Below are positions 39,801-48,827 of a DNA stretch of 64,000 nt, in pieces. The notes beneath the pieces are model-generated. The model worked only from the letters and a program-made list of their open reading frames with translations, made no database searches and was not told the DNA's origin. This DNA is from Nitrospirota bacterium (lineage in GTDB: Bacteria; Nitrospirota; UBA9217). Positions within the stretch are counted from its first letter, which is position 1, and each line of letters starts with the position of its first letter. The stretch lies in the NCBI GenBank assembly GCA_963840455.1, contig CAWIYV010000007.1, positions 394,456 to 458,455 on the forward strand. The letters are read 5' to 3'. Made by a program: the position numbers and the translations under genes.

Positions 39801-40339
39801 AGGTAGAAGTTGTCCTTGCCCAGGATGTCCTGGTACTCAAGGGCCGCCTTCTTCGCGTCGTCGTACCGTCTGGCGTTCAGGAGGCGGGGGACTTCGCCGC
39901 CCAGACAGGCGGACAGGCCGATGAGGCCGTCATGGTGCTTCCGGAGCAGCTCCTTGTCGATGCGCGGCTTGTAGTAGAACCCTTCCAGGTAGGCGGCCGT
40001 GACCAGCTTCACGAGGTTCTTGTAGCCCTTGTTGTTCCGGGCCAGGAGGATGAGGTGGAAGGCGTAGGTGTCCTCGTCCTGCGAGCCAGTGGCAATGGAC
40101 TTCTCGAACCGCGAGCCCGGGGCCACGTAGGTCTCGCAGCCGATGATGGGCTTGATCCCACCCTTGAGCGCCTTCTGGTAGAAGTCGAGGACCGAGAAGA
40201 GGTTGCCGTGGTCCGTGACCGCAACCGCCGGCATCTTAAGCTCAACAGCCTTCTTGATGAGGTTGTCAATGCTGATGGCGCCGTCAAGCAGGCTATATTC
40301 GGTGTGGAGATGAAGGTGGACGAAATCGGCGTGATGCAT
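36815..40339 (-). CDS. dnaE: DNA polymerase III alpha subunit DnaE
   Basis: PHP domain FVHLHLHTEYSLLDG, pol III alpha core and OB fold. ~1175 aa. Confidence 0.9.
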   Translation of the reverse strand: MHHADFVHLHLHTEYSLLDGAISIDNLIKKAVELKMPAVAVTDHGNLFSVLDFYQKALKGGIKPIIGCETYVAPGSRFEKSIATGSQDEDTYAFHLILLARNNKGYKNLVKLVTAAYLEGFYYKPRIDKELLRKHHDGLIGLSACLGGEVPRLLNARRYDDAKKAALEYQDILGKDNFYLELQDNGIPEQEQVNRELIRLGQETGLPLVATNDCHYLNMEDHKSHDALLCINQGKLVKDEKRLKFSSETFYMKTPEEMKKAFSHVPEAITNTIRIAERCSIDLELGKYHLPNFPVPEGYTRETYMAELARTGLHERFAEIEAVRGPGSIDREAYQQRLEAEIQMIERMGFPGYLLIVWDFIRYAREHGIPVGPGRGSAAGSLVAYSLRITDLDPIPYNLLFERFLNPERISMPDIDVDFCQDRRDEVIKYVTEKYGPDHVTQIITYGTMMAKGVIRDVGRVLDIPYAEVDRVAKLVPNVLNISLQKAMEQEPKLKEAAKKDPRMAELMEIALHLEGQVRHASKHAAGVVISQEPLTEYLPLYKTAKDEVMTQFDMKGVEKIGLVKFDFLGLRNLTVIRKAEELIDLRRQKAPLARQEPFSVSRLPLDDQKTYDYLGRGDTAGIFQLESSGMRDLVLKMKPQCFEDIIALLALYRPGPLNSGMVDDFIKRKKGSTRIVYDLPQLEPILKDTYGVIVYQEQVMQIARTLAGYSLGGADLLRRAMGKKDPEVMKKEKVPFIEGAKKQGIDPKKAEAIFDLMAKFAEYGFNKSHSAAYALISYQTAYLKTHYPVEYMAALLTSEVQDTDKVVKYIYEARQMGITILPPDVNESRWDFTVVEAHERDTVEPGSTIGSVRFGLAAVKNVGLSAIEAMIEAREAKGSFTSLADFCRKVDQRRVNRRVIEALIKCGAFDGTGARRAQMMEAIDMLMDQASRHQEQEAIGQSSIFDAMDEKKDPDLPNVPEWKESQLLAFEKESVGFYITGHPLAAFQADMKRYASHTTETLEGVPDGKEISICGIIAGLKQKVTKRGDKMAIINLEDLTGTVEVIVFPDLYATASHMLLTDTPLIVAGLFDKSEQGNKIKATRLHLLADVKKRGTTRMDIRLSATGLTQDDLLKVKDILLRYKGDIPVFLRLQNPSRKDSLISVGRDIRVTPSDQLISEIEILLGDGSVSLN

Positions 40340-40434
40340 AGAGATCCAGATAACAAGATTACCACGGAGGCACGGAGACACAGAGAACTGCAAGGACCGC
40401 GGAATGTCAAGACTCGTGGTTCAAGGATGAGAAT

Positions 40435-40510
40435 TGGAGGCGGCGATCGGATTTGAACCGATGAATGAAGGTTTTGCAGACCTCTGCCTTAGCCACTTGG
40501 CTACGCCGCC
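40435..40510 (-). tRNA. tRNA-Cys (GCA), with encoded CCA
   Basis: Reverse complement GGCGGCGTAGCCAAGTGGCTAAGGCAGAGGTCTGCAAAACCTTCATTCATCGGTTCAAATCCGATCGCCGCCTCCA folds as a cloverleaf: 7-bp acceptor, T-loop TTCAAAT, anticodon loop CT-GCA-AA. Confidence 0.85.
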
Positions 40511-40833
40511 CTGGAAAAGAACGCTGCAAAATCGCGGGGATGCATTTCTCCGCGAACGCTGCACAGGCAATAAAATACGAGAAACGGAGGGGTAAGTCAA
40601 GCGCAAAAAGGAACGGTATGAACACGGCTGATGTGTTTGTGACAGCCGACAGGCGGGTCTTGGATGGTGATCTTCTCTGCAGACAACCCATCGCCTACGG
40701 TATGGGCGGCTAATCTGCCCATTGCAAGAACTACCTATTCCGGCGAAGATTGTGATCGTTTGACGCTGGCGCCTTGCACTCGGGCGGAGCTGACTGCGCT
40801 AGCCGCGGCGTGCGATGTCCGGAGTTCGGTGTC

Positions 40834-41952
40834 CTATACGTCGCCGGGCATGGTCAAGGTGCTGTCGTAGCCGGTGATCCGGTTCTTCCCAGTTGCCTTG
40901 GACCGGTAGAGAGCAAGGTCCGCTTCGCGGATCAGGTCGGGGATGGTCTTCGGGGAGCCCTTCAGCATGGTCGAGACACCGATGCTCACGGTGATGACCT
41001 CAAAGGGGTGCGCGGTCTTGAGGGTGAAGGGATACGTTTCGATCGAGCTCCGCACCCGTTCCGCGACCGCCAGTGCTTCGCCCATGCCGGTCTCGGCCAG
41101 CAGAAGAGAGAATTCCTCCCCGCCGTAACGGAAGCAGACGTCTGTGCTTCCGGTCCTGCATGCCTCGCGAAGAAGGGGACCCAGCTGCGCGAGCACCCGG
41201 CTGCCTTCCAGGTGGCCGTAGCGGTCATTGACCCGCTTGAAGTTGTCGATATCCACCATGATGAAGGACAGGTCCCTGCCGGTGCGCACCTGTCTGCCGA
41301 ATTCCTCTTCAAGCTTCTCCAGCAGCACCCGGTAGTTGAGCAGGCCGGTGAGCTCGTCGGTCCGAGCGATTTCGAGCGTTTTTTTGAAGAGCTCCGCCTT
41401 GTCGATACCGGCGGAGATCGTGTGGGACAGGGTCCGCAGAAGGTCGAAGTCCTCTACGCGGAACGCGGAGGGCTTGCTGCGGCTGAAGCCCATGACCCCT
41501 ACGATGCGGTTATCGTTCTTGAGCGGTATGCCGATATAGCTGCCGTGCTTTTGCGTTTCATCAGGGTGATGCAGAAAGGCCTCATACAGCGCGGCATTGT
41601 CCAGAAAGAGCGGCTCGCCGTTGGCCGCGATCGCACCAGGCGCACCGTTGTCGAAATAGATGGGTTCGGACATCTTTCCCTGCAGCAGGGGGCTTCGCAA
41701 ATAGATCGGCATCAGGCCGGTAAGGTCCTTCTTGACGACATAGACCGAGGCGTCGTCAAAGCTGACCGCCCTGCTGATGGTGGCTATGATCTTCTGGATG
41801 AGTTCCGCAGGTTCCAGTTCCGAAGCGATGATCCTGCCGACCTCGCTGAAGAGGTGGGTTTCGGTCATCTTGTTGTAGAAAAGAGGCTTGTAATCGCGCA
41901 CCGGATGGGTCAAAACGCTCTTTTTCCTTTCGCCGGTCTTCAGTTCCACCAT
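40834..41952 (-). CDS. GAF-GGDEF diguanylate cyclase
   Basis: N-terminal GAF, C-terminal GGEEF with RYGGEEF. Confidence 0.8.
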   Translation of the reverse strand: MVELKTGERKKSVLTHPVRDYKPLFYNKMTETHLFSEVGRIIASELEPAELIQKIIATISRAVSFDDASVYVVKKDLTGLMPIYLRSPLLQGKMSEPIYFDNGAPGAIAANGEPLFLDNAALYEAFLHHPDETQKHGSYIGIPLKNDNRIVGVMGFSRSKPSAFRVEDFDLLRTLSHTISAGIDKAELFKKTLEIARTDELTGLLNYRVLLEKLEEEFGRQVRTGRDLSFIMVDIDNFKRVNDRYGHLEGSRVLAQLGPLLREACRTGSTDVCFRYGGEEFSLLLAETGMGEALAVAERVRSSIETYPFTLKTAHPFEVITVSIGVSTMLKGSPKTIPDLIREADLALYRSKATGKNRITGYDSTLTMPGDV

Positions 41953-42244
41953 GGTCCTGCTCCTTGAGAAAGCTCTTTCACATAATATACCACTAAATTA
42001 TAGTAATAACAAGTTAAATTTGTCATTTCTGCCTGTTTACAGATAGTTGCAATACAGATAAGACAGCAATTGGTTGCAGATTGGATAGGCAGGGTGCAAT
42101 ACGTGACATCATTATTTTATCGCCATGCATCATGATTGCCCTTTATATTTCAAACTGTTATAATAAATTAGTGGACAACAAAGACGTCTATGCGGACATT
42201 TCATGCACACGGTCATCTAAACCACAGCGCCTTATGATACCCCT

Positions 42245-43273
42245 ATGATGCAATCTTTCATGCCAATACACTTCCGTGGCCTCCAGATCGATCCTCCGCT
42301 CATTCTGGCGCCCATGGCTGGCCTTACGCACACAGCACTCCGTCAGGTCATCTCCAGTTTCGGAGGGATCGGCCTGTTATCAACGGAAATGCTCTCGGCA
42401 AAACGGCTGCCCACGGAAAACCCCGCCATCTCGCCGTACCTGATCAGGACCGCCTCGGAAAAGCCGCTTTCCTATCAGCTCCTGACCTCCATGGCAGGCG
42501 AGATCGCTCGTGCCATCGACGTGCTTCATGCCGTGCATGCGGATGCTATTGACCTCAATATGGGCTGCCCTGCCCCTGCCGTTGGAAAGTTCGGCGCCGG
42601 CTTCAGCCTGATGGAGCAACCGGAGAATGTCCGGCTGATCGTGGCAGAGGCGCGGAAGCGGACCTCGCTGCCCCTTACCGCGAAGATCCGGCTCGGCACC
42701 GAGCTCGACGAGCAGAGATTAAGGTCCTTCTGTACCATGCTCGAAGGCGAAGGCATTGACATGCTCTCGGTCCATGCCCGACTTAAACATGAGTCCTTTG
42801 CCAGAAGGCCGCGATGGGAACATATTGCCGGGATCAAAGAGCGGCTCAAGATCCCGGTCATTGCCAACGGCGGGATATTCTCAGTCCAGGATGCAAAAGA
42901 CTGCCTGGCTGTATCGGGCGCAGACGGTCTGATGCTCGGTCGGGGTGCAGTAATACGTCCCTGGCTCTTTGCCGAGATCGCTCGGGAACTGTACGGCAGC
43001 GGCATTGCAGAACCGGCGGTCTCTTTGCCGGCAGTGTTTGGCAGATTTCTCGACCTGCTGAACGGACATTTCCGGCCTGAACGCCGGCTCGGCAGGCTGA
43101 AGCAGTTCACTACATATTTTGCCCGGAACTATGCATTCGGCCATCACCTGGCAACGAAGATCCAGACCAGCAACAGCGTGGAGGAAGCGCGGGAACAGGC
43201 CAACCAGTTCTTCACAAAGGCGCACAATATAACCACCGTGGTCACAGCGTGTACAGAGAAAAGCTTGCTGTAA
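42245..43273 (+). CDS. tRNA-dihydrouridine synthase (Dus family)
   Basis: LAPMAGLT, DLNMGCP catalytic Cys motif, TIM barrel. Confidence 0.85.
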   Translation: MMQSFMPIHFRGLQIDPPLILAPMAGLTHTALRQVISSFGGIGLLSTEMLSAKRLPTENPAISPYLIRTASEKPLSYQLLTSMAGEIARAIDVLHAVHADAIDLNMGCPAPAVGKFGAGFSLMEQPENVRLIVAEARKRTSLPLTAKIRLGTELDEQRLRSFCTMLEGEGIDMLSVHARLKHESFARRPRWEHIAGIKERLKIPVIANGGIFSVQDAKDCLAVSGADGLMLGRGAVIRPWLFAEIARELYGSGIAEPAVSLPAVFGRFLDLLNGHFRPERRLGRLKQFTTYFARNYAFGHHLATKIQTSNSVEEAREQANQFFTKAHNITTVVTACTEKSLL

Positions 43274-43390
43274 TTTCATAACAACAATGTCTTGATCTTT
43301 GTTACCTCGGTGATCTCTGTGTCCTCTGCGGCGATAAGGTCATTGGTGCGAGCGCGTTACCCGCAGCTTGCAGCAGGGAGATCGAATACT

Positions 43391-44419
43391 ATGAAAGCCA
43401 TGGTGCTCGGGAAGATCACGGACCTCGCGAACAACACATCGCCGCTTGAACTGGTCGATCTGCCGATCCCGGTCCCCCGGGACAACGAGGTCCTCGTGAA
43501 GGTCTCGGCCTGCGGCGTCTGCCACACCGAGCTGGACGAGATCGAGGGGAGGACGCCGCCTTCGAAGTTCCCAGTCATCCCTGGTCATCAGGTCGTGGGC
43601 CGTGTCGTGGGCCGCGGCAGCTCGACGGCAAGGTTCAAGGACGACGAGCGGGTAGGGATCGCCTGGATCCATTCCGCCTGCGGGAAATGCGCATTCTGCC
43701 TGACCGGGAGGGAGAACCTCTGCAGCGATTTCAGGGCAACGGGAAGGGATGTGGACGGAGGGTACGCGGAATATACGACGGTCCCGGAAGCGTTTGCTTA
43801 CCGGATCCCCGGGGTGTTCTCCGACGCGGAAGCAGCGCCGCTCTTGTGCGCCGGGGCCATCGGCTTTCGCTCGCTGCGTTTGGCAAACCTGAAGGACGGA
43901 GAAAACATCGGGTTGACCGGCTTCGGAGCCTCGGCCCATCTCGTGCTGAAGATGGTGCGGCACCGGTATCCCGGCTCGAACATCTCCGTCTTCTCCCGCA
44001 CGGCAGGGGAGCGTGCGTTCGCAAAGGAGCTTGGTGCTGTCTGGGCAGGCGATACCGGGGACGATCCGCCGGAAAAACTGCATGCCATCATCGACACGAC
44101 CCCTGCATGGAAGCCTGTTGTTGACGCATTGCGAAATCTTGAAAGGGGCGGGAGGCTGGTCATCAACGCCATTCGCAAGGTGGACACGGACAAAGACGCC
44201 CTGCTCGTGCTCCACTATGCCCGCGATCTCTGGATGGAAAAGGAGATCAAGAGCGTGGCGAACATCACGCGGAGCGACGTGGAGAGCTTTCTGCAGATGG
44301 CGGCGGACATCCCGATCAGGCCCGACGTGCAGGAGTATCCGCTCGCCGATGCCAACGTTGCACTCCTTGAACTGAAGGAGCGAAAGATCCGCGGCGCGAA
44401 GGTGCTTACGATAGGGTGA
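43391..44419 (+). CDS. Zinc-dependent alcohol dehydrogenase family (MDR) oxidoreductase
   Basis: GVCHTE zinc ligand motif, structural Zn Cys cluster CGKCAFC, Rossmann GFGASAH. Confidence 0.8.
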   Translation: MKAMVLGKITDLANNTSPLELVDLPIPVPRDNEVLVKVSACGVCHTELDEIEGRTPPSKFPVIPGHQVVGRVVGRGSSTARFKDDERVGIAWIHSACGKCAFCLTGRENLCSDFRATGRDVDGGYAEYTTVPEAFAYRIPGVFSDAEAAPLLCAGAIGFRSLRLANLKDGENIGLTGFGASAHLVLKMVRHRYPGSNISVFSRTAGERAFAKELGAVWAGDTGDDPPEKLHAIIDTTPAWKPVVDALRNLERGGRLVINAIRKVDTDKDALLVLHYARDLWMEKEIKSVANITRSDVESFLQMAADIPIRPDVQEYPLADANVALLELKERKIRGAKVLTIG

Positions 44420-44622
44420 CGATCGTCGCCCGGGTACACAAGCGGAAGCGCTCCCGGGATACTGCGGGCAACATCGTCAATCCCGCGGGAATTACCCCTT
44501 CCTATTACTCCCTAGAATAACCCGACCCTAATCTACGTATCGTCTTTCCTCCATGGATCGTCTGTTGATCCTGTCAAAGAGTATTTTGTTCATGCATATC
44601 CGGAAGATGATAGTGATGCCTA

Positions 44623-45936
44623 TCACACCTTGATATGCAGCATCGGCAGTCCCAGCCGCTGCCGCTTGTTCTCCCCCTTGAACAGATCAGCCTTCCGCAC
44701 CGGCACATCGCCCCGTTCTCCCTCGTGCTGCGCCTGCAGCTTCGTCGGCAGGCTGGCCCCGTGCTGGACCGCGTGCTTGCCGTACTTCCGGGAGAGCTCG
44801 TCGATGCTCTCGTAGATCTTCGCCATCTTCTCGATCTTCGTTGTGTCCTCGAAGAGCCCGTACTGGACGCCGCTCTCCGCCACCAGGCCGGACAGGACGA
44901 CGCCGGTCTGGCGGTAGGGGGTATGGGCCAAGTACAGGCCACGGAACCCCTCGCGCAGCATTGTGAACAGTTCGGACGGGAATGCCGTGGGGCGGCTCAA
45001 CTTCAGTTCAACGCCGGTGCTCCGGTAGTCCTGCTGCCGGAGGAAGATGATCACCCTTTTGGCAACCAGGTGGTAGCGCCGTGCTTTGATGCAGGCGTTC
45101 TCCAAGTTCTTGGAGAGCTGTGCAAAGACAAAGGTCTCGTCCGTAGAGGGAGGGGTGAAGGTCTTTGCCTTGCTGATGGACTGGTAGGCGCTCTTGGTCT
45201 CCGTCGTGACCGGGTAGACGCTCCTGCCGTTCAGTTCGTGCCAGATCTCCTGGTAGGGTTTGGAAAGGTACCTTGTCACGAACGCCTCGTCCTTCAGTGC
45301 GAACTCCAGGGCGGTCCTGATGCCGTGCTTGCCCAGGTAAGCCGCTGTGTTCGGGCCGATACCCCAGACCTTCTCCACGGGCAGCTTCCCGAGGAAGAGA
45401 TGGATGTCCCTGCCGGGGATCAGCGTGATGCCGTGGGGCTTCTTGTGCTTCGATCCGATCTTTGCCAGGACCTTCGAGAGGCTTACCCCGACGGATACTG
45501 ACAGCCCCAGCTCCTGCTCGATGGCTTCCTGCATCTTCAGTGCAATCGTCCCGTAGGGGCCGTGAAATGTCCTCCTGAGGCCGGTCAGGTCCACGAAGGC
45601 TTCGTCGATGGAGTATTCCTCAACGTCCGGCGAAAAGCGTCTTAATATTTCGAACATGCGCACCGAAAAGAGGCTGTAGGTCTCGTAGTCCGACGGGAGG
45701 ATGACGGCGTCGGGGCAGAGCTTTTTCACGTCCGAGAGGCGCACTCCGCGCTGCACGCCGCGCGCCTTGGCCTCGTAGCTCGCCGCGGCCACGATGCCGC
45801 GCTCCTTGCCGGTGATGACCGGCCTGCCGCGCAGCTCCGGGTGGATGGCCTGCTCGCAGGAGGCGAAGAAGGCGTCGGCGTCCAGGTGGAGGATGGCGCG
45901 GGGCCAGGAGGAGATGATGAGGGGTTGGTTGGACAT
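44623..45936 (-). CDS. Y-family DNA polymerase, UmuC-like (catalytic residues intact)
   Basis: HLDADAFFASCE and SIDEAFVDLTG catalytic motifs. N-terminal block resembles UmuC more than DinB. 437 aa. Confidence 0.75.
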   Translation of the reverse strand: MSNQPLIISSWPRAILHLDADAFFASCEQAIHPELRGRPVITGKERGIVAAASYEAKARGVQRGVRLSDVKKLCPDAVILPSDYETYSLFSVRMFEILRRFSPDVEEYSIDEAFVDLTGLRRTFHGPYGTIALKMQEAIEQELGLSVSVGVSLSKVLAKIGSKHKKPHGITLIPGRDIHLFLGKLPVEKVWGIGPNTAAYLGKHGIRTALEFALKDEAFVTRYLSKPYQEIWHELNGRSVYPVTTETKSAYQSISKAKTFTPPSTDETFVFAQLSKNLENACIKARRYHLVAKRVIIFLRQQDYRSTGVELKLSRPTAFPSELFTMLREGFRGLYLAHTPYRQTGVVLSGLVAESGVQYGLFEDTTKIEKMAKIYESIDELSRKYGKHAVQHGASLPTKLQAQHEGERGDVPVRKADLFKGENKRQRLGLPMLHIKV

Positions 45937-46000
45937 AAGGTAAAACCCGACACGGAGACGGGGGACGCGGATTTACGCGGATCAATACAAGGGACAGGGA

Positions 46001-46051
46001 ACACGCGCCTGACGCGCTGCCTTTGGCGCGTCGCTGTGGACCCGCCTTGTT
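46001..46051. repeat. GC-rich hairpin-containing ~50-bp repeat, copy A (GACGCGC-loop-GCGCGTC ... GCTGTGGACCCGCCTTGTT)
   Basis: Direct repeat of copy B (about 85% identity over the ~30-bp core). Confidence 0.65.
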
Positions 46052-46093
46052 AGAATTCTCATTGGGTTTTATGTAGTCCCAGTGATACAGGAC

Positions 46094-46573
46094 CTACAAC
46101 GGGACAACGCCGCGTGATGTGATATTGTATTTGTGAATTGATTTTATGCTGTGCTTGTTGAGATCGTGATCAACTTGAATTTCTAATGTCGTCCCAGTCC
46201 AACGGCACGAGAGGTAGATCTGGCCTTTATAGTTCAATTCGATTGGAGATAGGAGCTTCTTTTTTGATAGATCAAGGATGTTAACTCTAGATTTGCATCC
46301 ATCATCTGCGCAATAAGGCAGTGCAATCAGATTATGTTCCAGGTTTAGAAGGGGCTGACCCGCGGCATCATTCTTACCCAAAGTGATTAATGTGCTTCCA
46401 ATTTTGATTTGATAGACTGTATCCCGACCTTCATAAACACCCGTCCAGTACATTACGATCTTGTCTCCGCTCGGAAGTACTTCTTGAGTGGTCCATGTTC
46501 GATCAGCGGCATAAGATAATGCCACTACGTTAGCGAATACAAGAACCGTCAGAATAGTTTGTTTAATCATATT
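46094..46573 (-). CDS. Hypothetical secreted protein (AT-rich gene)
   Basis: Start at MNMIKQ, signal peptide. Visibly lower GC than the flanks. Confidence 0.45.
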   Translation of the reverse strand, partial: NMIKQTILTVLVFANVVALSYAADRTWTTQEVLPSGDKIVMYWTGVYEGRDTVYQIKIGSTLITLGKNDAAGQPLLNLEHNLIALPYCADDGCKSRVNILDLSKKKLLSPIELNYKGQIYLSCRWTGTTLEIQVDHDLNKHSIKSIHKYNITSRGVVPL

Positions 46574-46590
46574 CATCCACCTTGGGACTA

Positions 46591-46641
46591 ACACGCCGGT
46601 CACGCGCCGCCCCTTGGCGCGACGCTGTGGACCGGCTTGTT
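46591..46641. repeat. GC-rich ~50-bp repeat, copy B
   Basis: TTGGCGCGACGCTGTGGACCGGCTTGTT core shared with copy A. Confidence 0.65.
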
Positions 46642-46657
46642 GTCGTATTTCTTTCGG

Positions 46658-47086
46658 TTATGGCGTGATAGAGTACTTGCCGTTTACATCAGAGGCGATA
46701 ACACCATCAGGCGAATGAACCCAAAATAGGTTCAGATGTAAATATTTATTTTCCGCATCGATCCAAGCATATCCTAAGTCCCAATGATGCATATTGGTCT
46801 TTATATCTTCAATCGAATAATAATAGCCTTTTTGATTGCGATAAGACCAGTCACGCCCTTTGCCAGATAAGCTGATTTTAAAGTGAAGGGTTTCTTTTGG
46901 GAAGGTACCTTCAGGTGTTATCAATTGCCAATGAAGTTTTTGAGTAGTTACGTTGAGTAGGTATCCGCCATCGGGTTGAGGTGATATGGAATAATCTTTA
47001 TTAATTGTACTTCCTAAGCCGAACACGGAAAGATACACAACGAATAACACGGCAAGGCCAATCAGCAAATGTTTTCGCTTTACCAT
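46658..47086 (-). CDS. Hypothetical secreted/membrane-anchored protein (AT-rich gene)
   Basis: N-terminal TM/signal MVKRKHLLIGLAVLFVVYLSVFGLG. Confidence 0.45.
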   Translation of the reverse strand: MVKRKHLLIGLAVLFVVYLSVFGLGSTINKDYSISPQPDGGYLLNVTTQKLHWQLITPEGTFPKETLHFKISLSGKGRDWSYRNQKGYYYSIEDIKTNMHHWDLGYAWIDAENKYLHLNLFWVHSPDGVIASDVNGKYSITP

Positions 47087-47164
47087 AGCTCTCCTGCAAG
47101 ATTTCGAATGATAAATCCGACGCTAAAGTTTTTTACCAGATAACAAGATGTTATCGGAACGGAA

Positions 47165-47290
47165 ACCGTCATCTACATATATATACAACTATCTATCGGT
47201 ATATGGATCCATCTACCAGTAGATGACGAACTGCCATATACCGGTAGATGGTTTTTCAGTTGTTAATGTCATTCGGAATCATCTACCTGT
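47165..47290. repeat. Iteron-like array: five copies of CATCTAC/GTAGATG in ~120 bp, including a perfect CATCTAC-CA-GTAGATG palindrome (47210..47225)
   Basis: Read directly. Located in an AT-rich intergenic region 5-prime of the minus-strand gene at 47086. Confidence 0.6.
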
Positions 47291-47682
47291 ATATGCTTTT
47301 CCAAAGGTGTACCGCCAATCTTTCCGTATTTCACAAACCATAGTTTCTTCTCCGGGTCCCACCACCCGCCCGCTGCTTTGGCATGCAATCGTGACGGCAT
47401 GTCGAAAGCGTCGATGTGCAGAGGCACAAGCGTGTCGACCGCAAATCGTGGTGGAGGAGGGGTCCAGTCAGTCCTTTCCACGATCAACTCGACAGTCTTC
47501 AACCGCTGCCGCGACTCCTTGTCATACTTGAAACGAACGCAGAGCAGGGCATCGCCGTACTGTTCCACGAGCCTTTTGGTCCCAGGCTGCCCCGGTTTGA
47601 GAATCAATCGCGTTTTCATTGGACGTTTTGAACAATTCCAGCTAAGCGCTCTTTTGATGGTGAGAGGTATACCAGTCGACAA
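47269..47682 (-). CDS. Hypothetical protein with a C-terminal GGWWDPEKKLWFV motif
   Basis: 137 aa, AT-rich. No confident family call. Confidence 0.35.
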   Translation of the reverse strand: MSTGIPLTIKRALSWNCSKRPMKTRLILKPGQPGTKRLVEQYGDALLCVRFKYDKESRQRLKTVELIVERTDWTPPPPRFAVDTLVPLHIDAFDMPSRLHAKAAGGWWDPEKKLWFVKYGKIGGTPLEKHIQVDDSE

Positions 47683-47914
47683 GCTGGCGTATCATTTTTT
47701 GATACGAGGTGTGATGTTTCTTGGCCTCTTTCTTAAAGAACTCCACACTCGACTTTTTCAGGGCGATAGTCACCTTGATATTGTCTTCTTTAAGAACAAG
47801 TTGCTCAGGCGGCGGAAGAAAGTCATCGATCACTTTCAGTTTTCCAATCGGCTCATCCGAATATTTAATTTTGCTCTTCATATATTTTCTTTCCTTTCCT
47901 CCAATATCCCGCAC
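47642..47914 (-). CDS. brnA: BrnA-type antitoxin (CopG/RHH-like)
   Basis: C-terminal KKSSVEFFKKEAKKHHTSYQKMIRQLVDWY matches the BrnA pattern. Overlaps the upstream brnT. Confidence 0.6.
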   Translation of the reverse strand: MRDIGGKERKYMKSKIKYSDEPIGKLKVIDDFLPPPEQLVLKEDNIKVTIALKKSSVEFFKKEAKKHHTSYQKMIRQLVDWYTSHHQKSA

Positions 47915-48167
47915 CGTAAATGCGGATAGTCTCTCCTCGAAAGGTGAACCGTACCGTTATGATGCCTTCGCCGACGCGGCCGATACAATAATATCGATCT
48001 TCTTCCGTGCTATGCTCGATATCCTCAACGATGATGCGATGAGGATCAAGAAAGGCCTGCTGGGCAAGCGAGAGGGGCATCCCATGTTTCTTCTGGTTCT
48101 CTTTGTCTTTTTCCGCATCCCACTCAAAACGGATTTTCTTCACTGGGGCCACCTTACCACAAAGCAT
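47865..48167 (-). CDS. brnT: BrnT-type toxin (DUF497 ribonuclease toxin)
   Basis: FEWDAEKDKENQKKHG...DPHRII...RIYGAGYWRK pattern of the BrnT/DUF497 family. Confidence 0.6.
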   Translation of the reverse strand: MLCGKVAPVKKIRFEWDAEKDKENQKKHGMPLSLAQQAFLDPHRIIVEDIEHSTEEDRYYCIGRVGEGIITVRFTFRGETIRIYGAGYWRKGKKIYEEQN

Positions 48168-48233
48168 TTAATTGGGCAATATAAATATATGGCAAATTAT
48201 ATGGAATTAGGGGCGATACTTTCACATTGACGG

Positions 48234-48827
48234 TCACTTGTATTTTCTCACCACCGCCGTCACGACGCCGGCTACTTTAAGCTCGTTCTTAGGCTTGATG
48301 GGCTGGTACTTGGGATTGGCGGGGACGAGGGTGACGGTGTCGCCGCGCTTGCGGAGATATTTCATGGTCCACTCTCCGTCCACCTGGGCGATGACGATGT
48401 CGCCGCTTTTCGGCGTCTGGCCCTTGTCCACAATGACCATGTCGCCGGGCAGGATGCCCGCGCCGGACATGGAGTCGCCGGATACTTTTAAGAGAAAGGT
48501 GGCCTCGCGGTTCTGGATGAGGAAATCGTCGAGCGAGAGGGTGTCCACCAGCTCTTCCTCGGCAGGAGAGGGGAATCCGGCCTCGACCGTGCCGAGCACC
48601 TTGACGGGCTTTGCGATCGCCAGGGGCAGCAGCCTGCCTTTCTTGTCCCGTTCTATGACTCTGAGCTTCTCAAGCTTGCCGATGAACTTGAAGACCGCGT
48701 TCTTCGACCTGAGGCCGGTCAGATCGCCGATCTCGGAGTAGCTCGGCATCCTGCCGCTGCTTTTGAAGAACTTCCTGATCTCCTGGATGCGGGACTGGAC
48801 GGTCGCGTCTTTTAGTGTTCGTGGCAT
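48234..48827 (-). CDS. lexA: LexA repressor (wHTH plus S24 peptidase)
   Basis: Start at MPRTLKD. Cleavage-site region VEAGFP (Ala-Gly), catalytic GDSM...K. 198 aa. Confidence 0.85.
   Translation of the reverse strand: MPRTLKDATVQSRIQEIRKFFKSSGRMPSYSEIGDLTGLRSKNAVFKFIGKLEKLRVIERDKKGRLLPLAIAKPVKVLGTVEAGFPSPAEEELVDTLSLDDFLIQNREATFLLKVSGDSMSGAGILPGDMVIVDKGQTPKSGDIVIAQVDGEWTMKYLRKRGDTVTLVPANPKYQPIKPKNELKVAGVVTAVVRKYK

Noticed and set aside
37823-40456. 877-aa plus-strand ORF antisense to dnaE (and the 336-aa ORF at 36692..37702)
   Set aside because: Antisense artefact. The minus strand has the PHP and pol III alpha signatures.
46001-46641. Possibility that the two ~50-bp repeats are integron attC sites
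   Set aside because: They lack recognisable R-prime (GTTRRRY) / R-double-prime (RYYYAAC) core sites, and no intI is visible. Kept as REP-like hairpin repeats instead.
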